DNA of 64,000 bases, taken from Anaerohalosphaeraceae bacterium (GTDB lineage Bacteria > Planctomycetota > Phycisphaerae > Sedimentisphaerales > Anaerohalosphaeraceae). A program made the position numbers and the translations under genes. Below the pieces are notes generated by a model. The model saw nothing but the letters and a program-made list of their open reading frames with translations, was not told the DNA's origin and did not search any database. This document shows positions 9,259 through 19,992 of the stretch, piece by piece. The stretch is from the NCBI GenBank assembly GCA_963675155.1, contig OY775912.1, positions 296,058-360,057 on the forward strand, read 5' to 3'. Each line of letters starts with the position of its first letter. The first letter of the stretch is position 1.

Positions 9259-10554
9259 ATGAATAAAAAAAGATTTCATTATAAAATTGTATTCATCACC
9301 CTATTTTTGATAGCGGTTTCGTCTCATGGCTTTGCTCGCAGTCTACTCTGGAGAGATGAATTTGACGGCACTTCGCTTGACACAACAAAGTGGACTGTCG
9401 TGAATGCTGAAGATTGGTATGATTGCTGGTATGCACCGCATAATGTTGAAGTTTCCGAAGGGACGCTCAAATTACATTCACGGGAGCAATTGTATAACGG
9501 CAAGCACTGGACCGGAGCAAAGCTGGAAGGGAAATATCATCCTCAATATAAATACTTAGAAGCAAAGATCCGGCATTCTTTGCCTGATAGCCATATATGG
9601 TCGGCATGGTGGACAATCGGCTGGACCGGTACGACATGGCAATGGCCCCCGGAATTTGATATCTTCGAATTTGCGATACAATGGGAAACCACTCCTTTTC
9701 AAACCTATCATTGGGATAGAGGGTACGGGCACGAGATGGACGGTGAAATAACCGGACTTGACGAAACCGAGTGGCATACTTACGGAGTTTATTGGACGGC
9801 TGCACAATCGGCGGTTTTTTATGTGGATGGTGTGCGGTCCTATCAACCCTACGGACCGGCCGAAAGCGCCCAAATGCAGGCGTTACTGATTTTATCATCT
9901 TCTCCTAACAGAGATGACCACTACAGTGGCTGTTCTTTGGGAGATTTTGAGGTGGATTATGTGCGTGTGTATGACAGTCCGCCGGACCACGACATGTCGG
10001 TGACAAATCTGGCACTGAATAAACCCGTTCAGGTTTCATCATCTCAGTCCGGTCATGACGGCAGTTATGCTGTTGACGGAGATGCCGGTACCCGCTGGGC
10101 ATCTGACTGGAGCGATCCTCAGTTTATTGTTGTAGATCTGGGCCAAGAAACACCCTTTAGCATTGTCCGTCTCAATTGGGAAAACGCCTATGCCAGCCGG
10201 TTTCTGATTCAGGTTTCCAACGATAACTCGACCTGGACAACGGTTGTGAATGAACAAAATGGCTCCGTTGGAATTCGTGAATACTCCGTGGACGCTAACG
10301 CAAGGTACCTGAAAATTTTGGGGACCGAGCGAGGTACCGAATGGGGTTATTCATTGTATGAGGTCCAGATTTACCAATGCAGAAAATATGATCTGGCTTT
10401 TTTTGATTCAATGGCTTATAATTGGTTAGAAACCGATTGCGGTTCAAATAACTGTGAGGGCGCCGATATGGATTTTGATAACGATGTGGATATCATCGAC
10501 CTTCAGGAGTTGGCTTTTCAATGGCTAGGCCTCAACTGCTTCGGTAATTCATAG
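9259..10554 (+). CDS. GH16 family beta-glucanase (laminarinase-like) + F5/8 type C (discoidin/CBM32-like) domain + dockerin-like C-terminus
   Basis: Signal peptide. WRDEFDG start of GH16. Intact catalytic motif E-F-D-I-F-E (PPEFDIFEF). Discoidin signature (AVDGDAGTRWASDW...FIVVDLG). C-terminal DMDFDNDVDIIDLQELAFQWL. Confidence 0.8.
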   Translation: MNKKRFHYKIVFITLFLIAVSSHGFARSLLWRDEFDGTSLDTTKWTVVNAEDWYDCWYAPHNVEVSEGTLKLHSREQLYNGKHWTGAKLEGKYHPQYKYLEAKIRHSLPDSHIWSAWWTIGWTGTTWQWPPEFDIFEFAIQWETTPFQTYHWDRGYGHEMDGEITGLDETEWHTYGVYWTAAQSAVFYVDGVRSYQPYGPAESAQMQALLILSSSPNRDDHYSGCSLGDFEVDYVRVYDSPPDHDMSVTNLALNKPVQVSSSQSGHDGSYAVDGDAGTRWASDWSDPQFIVVDLGQETPFSIVRLNWENAYASRFLIQVSNDNSTWTTVVNEQNGSVGIREYSVDANARYLKILGTERGTEWGYSLYEVQIYQCRKYDLAFFDSMAYNWLETDCGSNNCEGADMDFDNDVDIIDLQELAFQWLGLNCFGNS

Positions 10555-10667
10555 GAACGGATTTCAACAAGAAATAAGTCGAATAACTCAAGAAACTGGA
10601 GCGTGGAAGTCTATTTTTGAATTTTCGAGATGATTTGGAATTGTTAAATGATTGGCAGGATTCAACC

Positions 10668-13600
10668 ATGAGAATGTCGTGTTTCAGAGTAGCGTCCCTT
10701 GTTGTTTTGGTTTTCAGTCTTTTAACTTATGCGGCATCTCCTGTCGGCGACCTTGACGGGAATTACTATGTGGACTTTGAAGACCTTGTCCTTTTTGCGC
10801 AGCAATGGATGCAGTACCCTGATTGCTATGGTGCTCCGGGTTGTGGGGATGTTGAAGGCGATGATGGCGTGAATCTCGAAGATTTCGCACTCATTGCATT
10901 TAATTGGCAAATACGTGGCGAGATCGCACTGGTGATTAACGAAGTGATGGCTTCCAATGACAGCACGTTGGAAGATCCGGATGAACCCGGAGAATACCCG
11001 GACTGGATCGAAATTTATAATTATGGGGATGATACGGTATCTTTGTCGGGGATGTATCTGCGGGACGACAACAATACATGGCAGATCCCGGCAGGCATTT
11101 CCATAGAACCCGATGAGTATGTTTTGTTCTGGGCTGATGATGATGACGAGCAGGGCGATTATCATACCACTCTGAAATTGGGCAAATCTGATGATGAAGT
11201 GACGCTTGTGTCGTATGATGGAGAAACCATTGTTGATTCGATGAGCTATTCAGATCAGGTAACAGATGTTTCTTACGGACGATATCCGGATGCTTCGGAT
11301 GACTGGTATTTGATGGACGCACCTTCCCCCGAATTGACGAACGCGATGGGAATGGCCGGTAAGGTCTATTTTTCAAGCCTGGGCGGAACTTTTACATCAA
11401 GCTTTTCCCTGACCCTGTCAACAACGTCACCGACGGCACAGATTCGTTATACTACTGATGGCTCGATTCCATCTGCTTCTTCATTTCCGTATACTGCGCC
11501 GATAACGATTTCAAATTCTCAGACCCGACGCATCAGGGCCAGGGCCTATGATGCGTTGCTGGCGCCCGGTCCGGTGCATACGGAGGTCTATGTTCCCCTG
11601 GCGGCGGATATACAGACCTTCACTTCGAATCTTCCAATTGTCATTCTGGACACTCATGGAAGCGGCATCAGTAACACAACATACGGCGAAATATCTTCGA
11701 TCTTTGTCGATGTCGACAAAGACACCGGTGTATCCAGCATGACTGACTTCTCCGATTTTGCAGGAAGAGGTGCAGCAAAGATTCGCGGGGAAAGTTCCCA
11801 GGCATGGCCCAAGAAACAGTACTCCCTGGAACTCTGGGATGAGAACGACATGGACGCGAAAGCTTCATTACTGGGAATGCCGTCGGGATCGGATTGGATT
11901 TTGAATGCGCCATACGGCGACAAAACACTTTTGCGGAATGTGTTGGCATTTAAGTGGTCAAATGATATTGAAAACGGTTTTGCTGCTCCGGGGACCAAAT
12001 TGGTCGAAGTCTTCCTGAACGATGACGGCGGAAACTGTTCATATGCAGACTACAACGGAATTTATGTTTTGATGGAAAAAATCAAAGTGTCAGACAATAG
12101 AGTCGATATCGGTTCTCTCGATTCCGGTGACATTGCCGAACCGGATGTAACCGGCGGATATATTTTAAGGGTCGACAAGAATAATGGGCAGGAAACGTTT
12201 ACAACAAATGCAAACATGGTCGGATCAATTCAGTATTACGATCCGGACGAGACCGCTCTTTCCGCCACACAAAAAAGCTGGATACAAAACTGGCTTAATA
12301 CCTTTGAAACCCATCTTAACGCAAGTGATTTCAATGATCCCCTGGCAGGTTATGCACACTATATCGATGTCGAAAACTTCATCGAATATGATATGATACT
12401 GGAGTTATTTAAAAATGCAGATGGTTTTAAGCTTAGCACTTATTTTCATAAAGAGCGAAATGGGAAGCTGAGGTTTGGACCTCAATGGGACTTTAATTTC
12501 AGTTCCGGAAATACAACAAATCCAGATTGGTGGTATCCCTCGTATTTTTCCAAGGCGTCTGCAACTGAAGAAGGGTGGTTCTGTGATCAACCCGATTTTA
12601 AAGTGTACAGCTGGCATCAACGGTTATTGCAGGATCCCGATTATATGATTCGTTATGCAGATAAATGGTTTGAACACAGAGAAGATAAACTCTCCGATGC
12701 ACAAATAACCGCAGATATCGATACTTACTATTCGCTGCTGACAACCAATCATGCATTTGCGGGTGGCGCAGACAATGCGGCAGACAGAAACTTTGCCAAA
12801 TGGAACATACTTAACAATCAGGAGTGGTGTAATTACTACTTCGGATACAACGCCCAATTGAGCGTTTATGATCCCTACACCGGCCAAACAACGCAAATAC
12901 CTCCAGAAGAACGCGAACAAGCCAACATGCCGCACACCTATCATATGGAAACCGAATGGCTGAAGAACTGGTTTAACGGCGAAGGAACTCCTACAGGGAG
13001 TGAATGGTATCAAACTGATTATTCTGACAGGATCGGGAAACTTGACGCGTTATGGCAATCCGACCGGAATATTTGTATGCCGCCGACGCTGAATATTAAC
13101 GGTACGCCCATGAATTTGGGAGGCCGGGTCGATCTGGGTGACGGTCTGACAATGAGTTCTGCCTGTGCGGGGACCATTTATTACACGACTGACGGTACGG
13201 ACCCGAGAACCTGGACCACTGTGTCGAATCCGGGCTTCGCTGCAACACTGGTGGCGGAAGACGCGGCTAAAGCGGTCTTGATCCCCACCGAAACGGTCAG
13301 TAACGATTGGAAGGGAGGCAATGAACCCTTTGATGATTCAACCTGGACAGATTTCGATTTTATTGCCGGTAAACCCGGAAGTGTTGGATATGAAAATTCG
13401 AGCGGTTATCAGGAGTTTATCAGCTATGACGTTAAAAATGACCTGCTTGGAAATAACAACACGCAAAGCTGTCTGATCAGAATCCCGTTTTTTGTTGATT
13501 CCGCCCAGTTGGCGGAGATGACTTATCTCACCCTTCGTGTAAGGCACGATGACGCATTTGTGGCTTACATTAACGGTATCGAAGTCTATCGAAGTTCACT

Positions 13601-15434
13601 TGTTCCCAATCCGCTTGAGTGGAGTTCATCGGCGGATTCCTATTTGGATTCTGATGCGACAAATCTCGTGAATTATAATATCAGTTCCTATCTCTACCTG
13701 CTTCAGGCTGGCGGTAATAATATTCTGGCAATTCACGGTCTCAACTCTGATTCTGGAAGTTCAGATTTTCTCATCTCTGCACAGCTTGAGGCTGGCGCCG
13801 TCAGCAGCGGTGGTCATACGCCTGGCGGCGAAATTTCACCCAGTGCTGTTGTATATGCCGATCCGATTACTTTGATGAAGAGTGAAAAGATCAAGGCTCG
13901 TTTAAAGAATGGATCCGATTGGGGGGCTTTGAACGAGGCGTGCTATTCGGTTGGTCCAGTAGGTGACAACCTGCGGATTACCGAGATCATGTATCACCCG
14001 GCCGATCCCAACCAGGAGTTCGTTGAGGTCCGGAACATTGGTGCGTCGACCATCAATCTGGCATGGGTTAAATTTACAGAGGGTATCGATTTCACCTTCC
14101 CCGATCTATCACTTGGAGCAGGTCAATATGCTGTTGTGGTTCGTAATCAGGCCGTCTTTGAAGCGTTGCACGGCACGGGAATAACCATTGCCGGACAGTT
14201 CAGCGGCGCACTGGATAACGGGGGTGAAGAAATCGTTCTGAAGGACGCATTTGGGGCTAAAATCCTCGATTTCGATTACAATGATAATTGGTATCCGATT
14301 ACGGATGGGGCTGGTTTCTCATTAAATATCATCAACTCGTCCAATCCGGATCCGAACAGTTGGGACGATAAAGATGCCTGGCAGGCAAGCAGTGTACTCA
14401 ACGGAAGTCCGGGAGCACACAATCCCGTCAATGTTGTTCCAAACGGCGCGATTGTCATTAATGAGATACTGACACATTCCAATGACTATCCGAATGACTG
14501 GATTGAGTTACATAATACGACCGGATCAGAAATCAGCATTGGAGGTTGGTTCCTAAGCGATAATTCAGATAATTTTAAAAAATATCAAATTGGTTCCGGG
14601 ACGTCCATTCCCGCATACGGTTATATCGTCTTTACCCAGGACGATAACTTTGGATCTTCGTCAAGCGATCCGGGCAGACTTGTCGGTTTTGGATTGAGTG
14701 AACTGGGAGAAGAGGTTTATCTTTCCAGCGGCTCTGGTGGAAATCTCGCCGGAGGTTACAGTGTTTGGCAGGATTTCGAAGCCGCTGAATGGGATATTTC
14801 CTTTGGAAGACATGTCAAGAGTACGGCGGAAAACAACGATGTTGATTTTGTTTTAATGCAAGCCATGACTTATGAAAACTCCAACTCCGGGCCGCTTATC
14901 CCCGATGTCATCATCAGCGAAATTATGTATAATCCATCGACGACTCATGACGAACTGGGCGAATATATCGAGTTGAAGAACAGAACCACTTCGACGGTTG
15001 ACCTCTTTGACCCGGCCAATCCGTCTAACACCTGGAAGTTTACAAAGGGAATTAATTATACATTTCCGCCAGGTGTCTCGATCTCTGCAGGAGAGCGGAT
15101 TCTTGTGGTTCGAACCGATCCGGAAATCTTCCGAGTGATCCACCCAACTATACCCGCAGGTGTGCAAGTTTTCGGTCCTTTTATCAATTCGAAGCTTGAA
15201 AATGATGGTGAAAAAATTGAACTTTCCAGACCGAGCAATCCGGAGCCCGGCGGTTTTGTTCCCTATATTCGTGTTGAGCAAGTCAATTACAGTGATGGTA
15301 CGCACCCGATTGGCAATGACCCGTGGCCGACAACCGCCGACGGTGAGGGCAATGCTTTGAGCCGAACTTCGGAAACCGGCTACTCCAATGATGTCAGTCA
15401 TTGGACGGCCGCCGCGCCGACTCCGGGACTGTGA
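10668..15434 (+). CDS. giant secreted CotH-domain protein with N-terminal dockerin-like repeats, CHB_HEX_C-like (YTTDGS) domains and >=4 lamin-tail domains
   Basis: Signal peptide from internal Met (MRMSCFRVASLVVLVFSLLTYAA). EF-hand-like DLDGNYYVDFEDLVLFAQQWMQ and GDVEGDDGVNLEDFALIAFNW. LTDs (LVINEVMASND...WIEIYNYGDDTVSLSGMYLRDD; RITEIMYHPADPNQEFVEVRNIG; IVINEILTHSND...WIELHNTTGSEISIGGWFLSDN; VIISEIMYNPST...YIELKNRTTSTVDLFD). IRYTTDGSIPS and GTIYYTTDGTDP motifs. CotH-like core (GIYVLMEKIKV...GGYILRVDK). Paralog of 524..4865. Confidence 0.7.
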   Translation: MRMSCFRVASLVVLVFSLLTYAASPVGDLDGNYYVDFEDLVLFAQQWMQYPDCYGAPGCGDVEGDDGVNLEDFALIAFNWQIRGEIALVINEVMASNDSTLEDPDEPGEYPDWIEIYNYGDDTVSLSGMYLRDDNNTWQIPAGISIEPDEYVLFWADDDDEQGDYHTTLKLGKSDDEVTLVSYDGETIVDSMSYSDQVTDVSYGRYPDASDDWYLMDAPSPELTNAMGMAGKVYFSSLGGTFTSSFSLTLSTTSPTAQIRYTTDGSIPSASSFPYTAPITISNSQTRRIRARAYDALLAPGPVHTEVYVPLAADIQTFTSNLPIVILDTHGSGISNTTYGEISSIFVDVDKDTGVSSMTDFSDFAGRGAAKIRGESSQAWPKKQYSLELWDENDMDAKASLLGMPSGSDWILNAPYGDKTLLRNVLAFKWSNDIENGFAAPGTKLVEVFLNDDGGNCSYADYNGIYVLMEKIKVSDNRVDIGSLDSGDIAEPDVTGGYILRVDKNNGQETFTTNANMVGSIQYYDPDETALSATQKSWIQNWLNTFETHLNASDFNDPLAGYAHYIDVENFIEYDMILELFKNADGFKLSTYFHKERNGKLRFGPQWDFNFSSGNTTNPDWWYPSYFSKASATEEGWFCDQPDFKVYSWHQRLLQDPDYMIRYADKWFEHREDKLSDAQITADIDTYYSLLTTNHAFAGGADNAADRNFAKWNILNNQEWCNYYFGYNAQLSVYDPYTGQTTQIPPEEREQANMPHTYHMETEWLKNWFNGEGTPTGSEWYQTDYSDRIGKLDALWQSDRNICMPPTLNINGTPMNLGGRVDLGDGLTMSSACAGTIYYTTDGTDPRTWTTVSNPGFAATLVAEDAAKAVLIPTETVSNDWKGGNEPFDDSTWTDFDFIAGKPGSVGYENSSGYQEFISYDVKNDLLGNNNTQSCLIRIPFFVDSAQLAEMTYLTLRVRHDDAFVAYINGIEVYRSSLVPNPLEWSSSADSYLDSDATNLVNYNISSYLYLLQAGGNNILAIHGLNSDSGSSDFLISAQLEAGAVSSGGHTPGGEISPSAVVYADPITLMKSEKIKARLKNGSDWGALNEACYSVGPVGDNLRITEIMYHPADPNQEFVEVRNIGASTINLAWVKFTEGIDFTFPDLSLGAGQYAVVVRNQAVFEALHGTGITIAGQFSGALDNGGEEIVLKDAFGAKILDFDYNDNWYPITDGAGFSLNIINSSNPDPNSWDDKDAWQASSVLNGSPGAHNPVNVVPNGAIVINEILTHSNDYPNDWIELHNTTGSEISIGGWFLSDNSDNFKKYQIGSGTSIPAYGYIVFTQDDNFGSSSSDPGRLVGFGLSELGEEVYLSSGSGGNLAGGYSVWQDFEAAEWDISFGRHVKSTAENNDVDFVLMQAMTYENSNSGPLIPDVIISEIMYNPSTTHDELGEYIELKNRTTSTVDLFDPANPSNTWKFTKGINYTFPPGVSISAGERILVVRTDPEIFRVIHPTIPAGVQVFGPFINSKLENDGEKIELSRPSNPEPGGFVPYIRVEQVNYSDGTHPIGNDPWPTTADGEGNALSRTSETGYSNDVSHWTAAAPTPGL

Positions 15435-15594
15435 TCCGATTTTTTAAATCACTTAAATAATTTTAAATTTATAGACGAACCCTTTAGGTTATGGAAATCA
15501 GGCTTAACAGCGTAACTTGGCATATTCGAAAGGATAACTCCAGGTCAAAAGATATTGCGTCGTCTGATTCGCAGCTATTTGCGATGGTGTCATT

Positions 15595-18498
15595 ATGAAT
15601 CAACTGTTTTTCAAGATTTGTTTTTTCTTAGTCAGTACCATTTTGCTGGGCGATCTTCAGAGTGCGTCATTTTACACAAAGCGATTGGAAGACCCCGCCG
15701 CGGTCTATTTGAACAAGATAAATTTTCCCGTTCATGGCGATGGGGTGGGTGATGATTCGGTGGCGTTGCAGCAGGCGATTGATAAGGTTGCTTCCAGTAC
15801 CGGAGCGGGGGTCTTATTTATTCCGGAGGGAACCTATCGTCTCGCAAAGACCGTTTATATCTGGCCGGGGGTTCGTTTAATCGGTTATGGGGAGAAACGG
15901 CCGATTTTTACATTGGGTCCAAACACGCCGGGTTTTCAGGAGGGAATCGGTTACATGTTATTCTTTTCCGGGGGGCGGCGTGATGGGACTCCTCGAGACG
16001 GCAATCCCGGAACATTTTACAGTGCAATGAGCAATATTGACATCGAAATCGGGTCAGGAAATCCGGCGGCCGTTGGAATTCGGTTTCATGTTGCTCAGCA
16101 CTGCTACCTTTCTCATATGGACTTCCGGCTTGGTACGGCTAAGGCGGGATTAGAGGATATTGGCAACGAGGTCGAAGATCTCAGCTTCCACGGGGGCCAA
16201 TATGGCATTATCACCAGACGGTCAGCCCCCGGATGGCCCATCCTGTTAATCGATTGTACGTTCGAGGGGCAGAGCCGCTCGGCGATCAGTTCTGACGAAG
16301 CGGGATTGGCCGTAATACGACCTGTTTTTAAGAATGTTTCTGCCGCAGTCTCTATCGTTCCGAATAAGCCGGACGAGCTCTGGATCAGCGATGCCTTGCT
16401 GGAGAATATTTCCGGCCCGGCGATGGTTATCAGTAATGAGCACAATGCGAGAACCCAGATTAACATGCAAAATGCTATCTGCAAAAATGTTCCAACTCTC
16501 GCCCGTTTCCGCCAAAGCGGCAAGACTATCTCAGGGACCGGAACTGCATATCAAGTCAAGCAGTTCTCTCATGGATTGCATATCGCCGATCAGGTCGCAT
16601 CGCGGGAGATCAAGACCACATTTTCGGCTCGAGAAGTGACGACGTTTCCGACTCTGGTCGAATCGGATATTCCCGCCCTTCCCGATTGCGCCACATGGGT
16701 CAATGTCCGATCGCTGGGGGTCATGGGTGATAATCAAACGGACAATACGGCCGCACTGAAAAAGGCGATTGCCGTCCATCAAGTGCTTTATTTTCCGATG
16801 GGGTGGTATCGTGTCAGTGATACACTGAAACTCAGGCCGGATACGGTATTGATCGGGCTTAATCCTTCGGGCACGGTGATTAGCTTGTCAGAAGAGACAC
16901 CTGCATTTCAGGGGTCCGGCACGCCCAAACCAGTCATCGAAGCCCCGCAGGGAGGGGCGAATATTATCACGGGCATCGGTGTCTATACAGGTGCCGTCAA
17001 CCCTCGCGCCGCTGGTATCAAGTGGATGGCCGGAGCCAATTCCATGATAAACGATGTTCGCCTGCACGGCGGGCATGGCACGAAGATCCCGGGACAGGAT
17101 CGCTACGGCAGGCTGGGCAATCGGGATGCCTGGAATAGCCAGAATGCCAGCTTGTGGGTGACGGGCGGAGGCGGCGGAACGTTCAAAAACATCTGGACAC
17201 CCAGTCCTTACGCCAGTGCCGGCATGGAGATCTCCAATACGTCAACTCCCGGTCGGGTTTATGCGATGTCCATTGAACACCACGTTCGCAATGAGATGGT
17301 TATTCGCAATTGTTCCCAATGGCAATTCTACGCGCTGCAATTTGAGGAGGAACGGGAAGAAGGCCCCGAGGCTCTACCTTTAGAGATTGATAACGCGAGC
17401 AACCTTCTGTTTGCCAATATGTTTTTTTATCGTGTGATCAGCTCCTTTGTGCCTTTTCCCTATGCAGTGAAGATCAGCGACAGTCACGATATTCGGTTTC
17501 GTAATTTCCATTGCTACAGTAACAGTAAGGTTTCCTTTGACAGTGCCGTTTACGATGAAACGGTTGACGTCGAAGTGCGTGATGTTGAGTTGGCGGTATT
17601 GAATATGACCGGTGATTCCGTCCCGGAAGTGTCTGCGTCAGATTCGAGGATTCCTGCCAAAGGAGCCAAGGTGAAAAAGCTGGCCGATGGATTCCTGAAT
17701 ATTTCCAGTATTGCTGTTGACAGCAAGGGGGATGTTTATTTCTCTGACATTCGTCAAGGTTGCATTTACCGATGGTCGATTGAAAAAAAATGTGTCGAAC
17801 ACGTCCGTGATATTTCCCAGCAGCCGGTTCAATTGGCTTTTGACAAGGCAGACAATCTATTGGTTATTTCATATGAAGGCGACGGTACGGTATTGGCCTT
17901 CCGGCCGGATAATAAAAAGAGTGAGATAATTTCTCTGAAGCCCCAAGCGGCTGCATCACACCCGAAAATGACAGCAGTGCTTCCTGTCAATCGCTGGATG
18001 AGTGATGCTGCATTCATTCGAGATTCGATTGGGAAGAAACCGTTCCATTATATTTCGCCGGACGGCACAATGTTTATCCCTGCCGGCGAGGACTTTACGA
18101 CGGGCGCCAAGCAATGGGGCATCAAGGCATCGGACCTGATTCGAGCTTTCGGAATTTCCCCGGCTGTGTCAGGGCGACCCTTTTATGTCACCAATGAACT
18201 GGAGCTGAAAACATGGTCTTTCGATGTTGGACCTGATGGGACGCTTTCCAATCCAACGCTATTTGCTCAGGAAGGGGGTGAGTCTGTAACGGCCGATGAG
18301 CGGGGCAATGTCTACATTGCGGCCGGGCAAGTCTTCGTTTTTGATCCTTCCGGCAGACGCATGGAGACCCTCAATGTGCCCCAGCGTCCGATCTGTCTCG
18401 TTTTCGGAGGCAAGGATCGAAAAACACTGTTTATTACAACCCGGTCCTCCCTTTACAGTGCCAGTGGCCATTTTGCAGATGCGGATAAAATCCGATAA
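15595..18498 (+). CDS. secreted protein with two pectate-lyase-superfamily (right-handed beta-helix; GH55-like arrangement) domains fused to a C-terminal SMP-30/gluconolactonase/LRE-like beta-propeller
   Basis: Signal peptide. Two copies of the Pectate_lyase_3-type start motif (HGDGVGDDSVALQQAIDKVASSTGAGVLFIPEGTYRL and LGVMGDNQTDNTAALKKAIAVHQVLYFPMGWYRV). C-terminal SGL-like repeats (GDVYFSDIRQGCIYRW, GNVYIAAGQVFVFDPSGRRMETL, KTLFITT). Confidence 0.6.
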   Translation: MNQLFFKICFFLVSTILLGDLQSASFYTKRLEDPAAVYLNKINFPVHGDGVGDDSVALQQAIDKVASSTGAGVLFIPEGTYRLAKTVYIWPGVRLIGYGEKRPIFTLGPNTPGFQEGIGYMLFFSGGRRDGTPRDGNPGTFYSAMSNIDIEIGSGNPAAVGIRFHVAQHCYLSHMDFRLGTAKAGLEDIGNEVEDLSFHGGQYGIITRRSAPGWPILLIDCTFEGQSRSAISSDEAGLAVIRPVFKNVSAAVSIVPNKPDELWISDALLENISGPAMVISNEHNARTQINMQNAICKNVPTLARFRQSGKTISGTGTAYQVKQFSHGLHIADQVASREIKTTFSAREVTTFPTLVESDIPALPDCATWVNVRSLGVMGDNQTDNTAALKKAIAVHQVLYFPMGWYRVSDTLKLRPDTVLIGLNPSGTVISLSEETPAFQGSGTPKPVIEAPQGGANIITGIGVYTGAVNPRAAGIKWMAGANSMINDVRLHGGHGTKIPGQDRYGRLGNRDAWNSQNASLWVTGGGGGTFKNIWTPSPYASAGMEISNTSTPGRVYAMSIEHHVRNEMVIRNCSQWQFYALQFEEEREEGPEALPLEIDNASNLLFANMFFYRVISSFVPFPYAVKISDSHDIRFRNFHCYSNSKVSFDSAVYDETVDVEVRDVELAVLNMTGDSVPEVSASDSRIPAKGAKVKKLADGFLNISSIAVDSKGDVYFSDIRQGCIYRWSIEKKCVEHVRDISQQPVQLAFDKADNLLVISYEGDGTVLAFRPDNKKSEIISLKPQAAASHPKMTAVLPVNRWMSDAAFIRDSIGKKPFHYISPDGTMFIPAGEDFTTGAKQWGIKASDLIRAFGISPAVSGRPFYVTNELELKTWSFDVGPDGTLSNPTLFAQEGGESVTADERGNVYIAAGQVFVFDPSGRRMETLNVPQRPICLVFGGKDRKTLFITTRSSLYSASGHFADADKIR

Positions 18499-18519
18499 CG
18501 ATTCAGAAAGGAATACGGA

Positions 18520-19947
18520 ATGTTAAAAAAAGTATTGTTTATTATGGCGGGTTTGCTGATGATTGTTTCCGGCTGCGAAACGGATTCAAAAAAAATGGAA
18601 GAAGAAACAAAAATGATTCATGTTATTCTCACGGCTAAAGAAACCGGCGATCGGTTGACGACTAAAGAACCGATCACATTAAGTTCTGATGCAGCAATGC
18701 ATATTTCAGAGACGATTACAGTCGATGATTCAAAGACATATCAACGTATCGTTGGTTTTGGCGGTTCATTTACAGAAGCCAGTGCTTATACGCTGTCTAA
18801 GATGAGTGCTGACAAACGTGCTGAAGTGATTAAAGCCTACTTTGATCCGAAAGAGGGAATTGGTTACACCCTTTGTAGGACACATTTGAACAGTGCGGAC
18901 TTTTCGCTTGGCAACTATGCTTACTCTGAAGTTGAGGGGGATTTTGATCTTAAACACTTCGATATCTCCCGTGATAAAAAATGGCTTCTCCCGATGATTA
19001 AAGATGCGATGGCTGTCGAAGGTGCGAATTTCAAGCTGTTTTCGTCGCCATGGAGTCCGCCTGCGTGGATGAAAACAAATGGTCAGATGAACTACGGGGG
19101 ACAGCTTAAGCCGGAATGTCGTGATGTGTGGGCACGATATTATGCCAGATACATCAAGGAGTACGCCCAAGAAGGGATTGCAATCTGGGGGCTGACGGTT
19201 CAGAACGAGCCGGCGGCAACCCAAACATGGGACTCCTGTCTCTATTCAGCTGAAGAAGAAGGGGCCTTTGTGCGTGACCATCTGGGGCCAACCCTTGAAA
19301 AAGAAGGATTGGGTGATGTCAAGATCATTGTCTGGGATCATAATAAGGATATCATTTATGAACGTGCAGAACCGATCCTGTCCGACCCTGAGACAACAAA
19401 ATATGTCTGGGGAGTTGGGTTCCACTGGTATTCCGGCGACGAATTTGAAAATCTGGAAAAAGTCCACAATGCCTTTCCGGATAAACATCTTCTGTTTACC
19501 GAAGGCTGTCAGGAAGGTGGTGTCCGCCTGGGTGCGTGGGATCTTGGGGAGCGGTATGCACACGATATCATCGGTGATTTAAATAACTGGACTGTGGGCT
19601 GGGTTGATTGGAACATGGTTTTAAATGAAAGAGGCGGCCCTAACCACGTGGACAATCTTTGCGATGCACCCGTTATCGCTGATACGACTCGAAATGATCT
19701 GTATTACCAAAATTCCTTCTACTATCTGGGACATTTCAGTAAATATATCCGCCCAGACGCTGTTCGTGTTGCCAGTTCAGTAACCAAGGAGGCACTGGAA
19801 ACGACTGCCTTTAAAAATTCAGATGGGTCTATCGCTATCGTTGTGATGAATCGAACCGATGCAGAAATCCCATTCAATCTTAAGATTGACGGGCAAATAG
19901 CCGCTTGTTCGAGTCCGGCTCATTCGATCATAACCATGGTATATTAA
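18520..19947 (+). CDS. GH30 family glycoside hydrolase (glucosylceramidase/beta-1,6-glucanase-like) lipoprotein
   Basis: Lipobox-like MIVSGCE. GH30 blocks (FSSPWSPPAWMKTNG, LTVQNEPAA, LLFTEGCQEG). Confidence 0.8.
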   Translation: MLKKVLFIMAGLLMIVSGCETDSKKMEEETKMIHVILTAKETGDRLTTKEPITLSSDAAMHISETITVDDSKTYQRIVGFGGSFTEASAYTLSKMSADKRAEVIKAYFDPKEGIGYTLCRTHLNSADFSLGNYAYSEVEGDFDLKHFDISRDKKWLLPMIKDAMAVEGANFKLFSSPWSPPAWMKTNGQMNYGGQLKPECRDVWARYYARYIKEYAQEGIAIWGLTVQNEPAATQTWDSCLYSAEEEGAFVRDHLGPTLEKEGLGDVKIIVWDHNKDIIYERAEPILSDPETTKYVWGVGFHWYSGDEFENLEKVHNAFPDKHLLFTEGCQEGGVRLGAWDLGERYAHDIIGDLNNWTVGWVDWNMVLNERGGPNHVDNLCDAPVIADTTRNDLYYQNSFYYLGHFSKYIRPDAVRVASSVTKEALETTAFKNSDGSIAIVVMNRTDAEIPFNLKIDGQIAACSSPAHSIITMVY

Positions 19948-19992
19948 TCTTAAAGTAACAGTCAGTCGTCATTGTTTTTGAAAGGGCATCCA

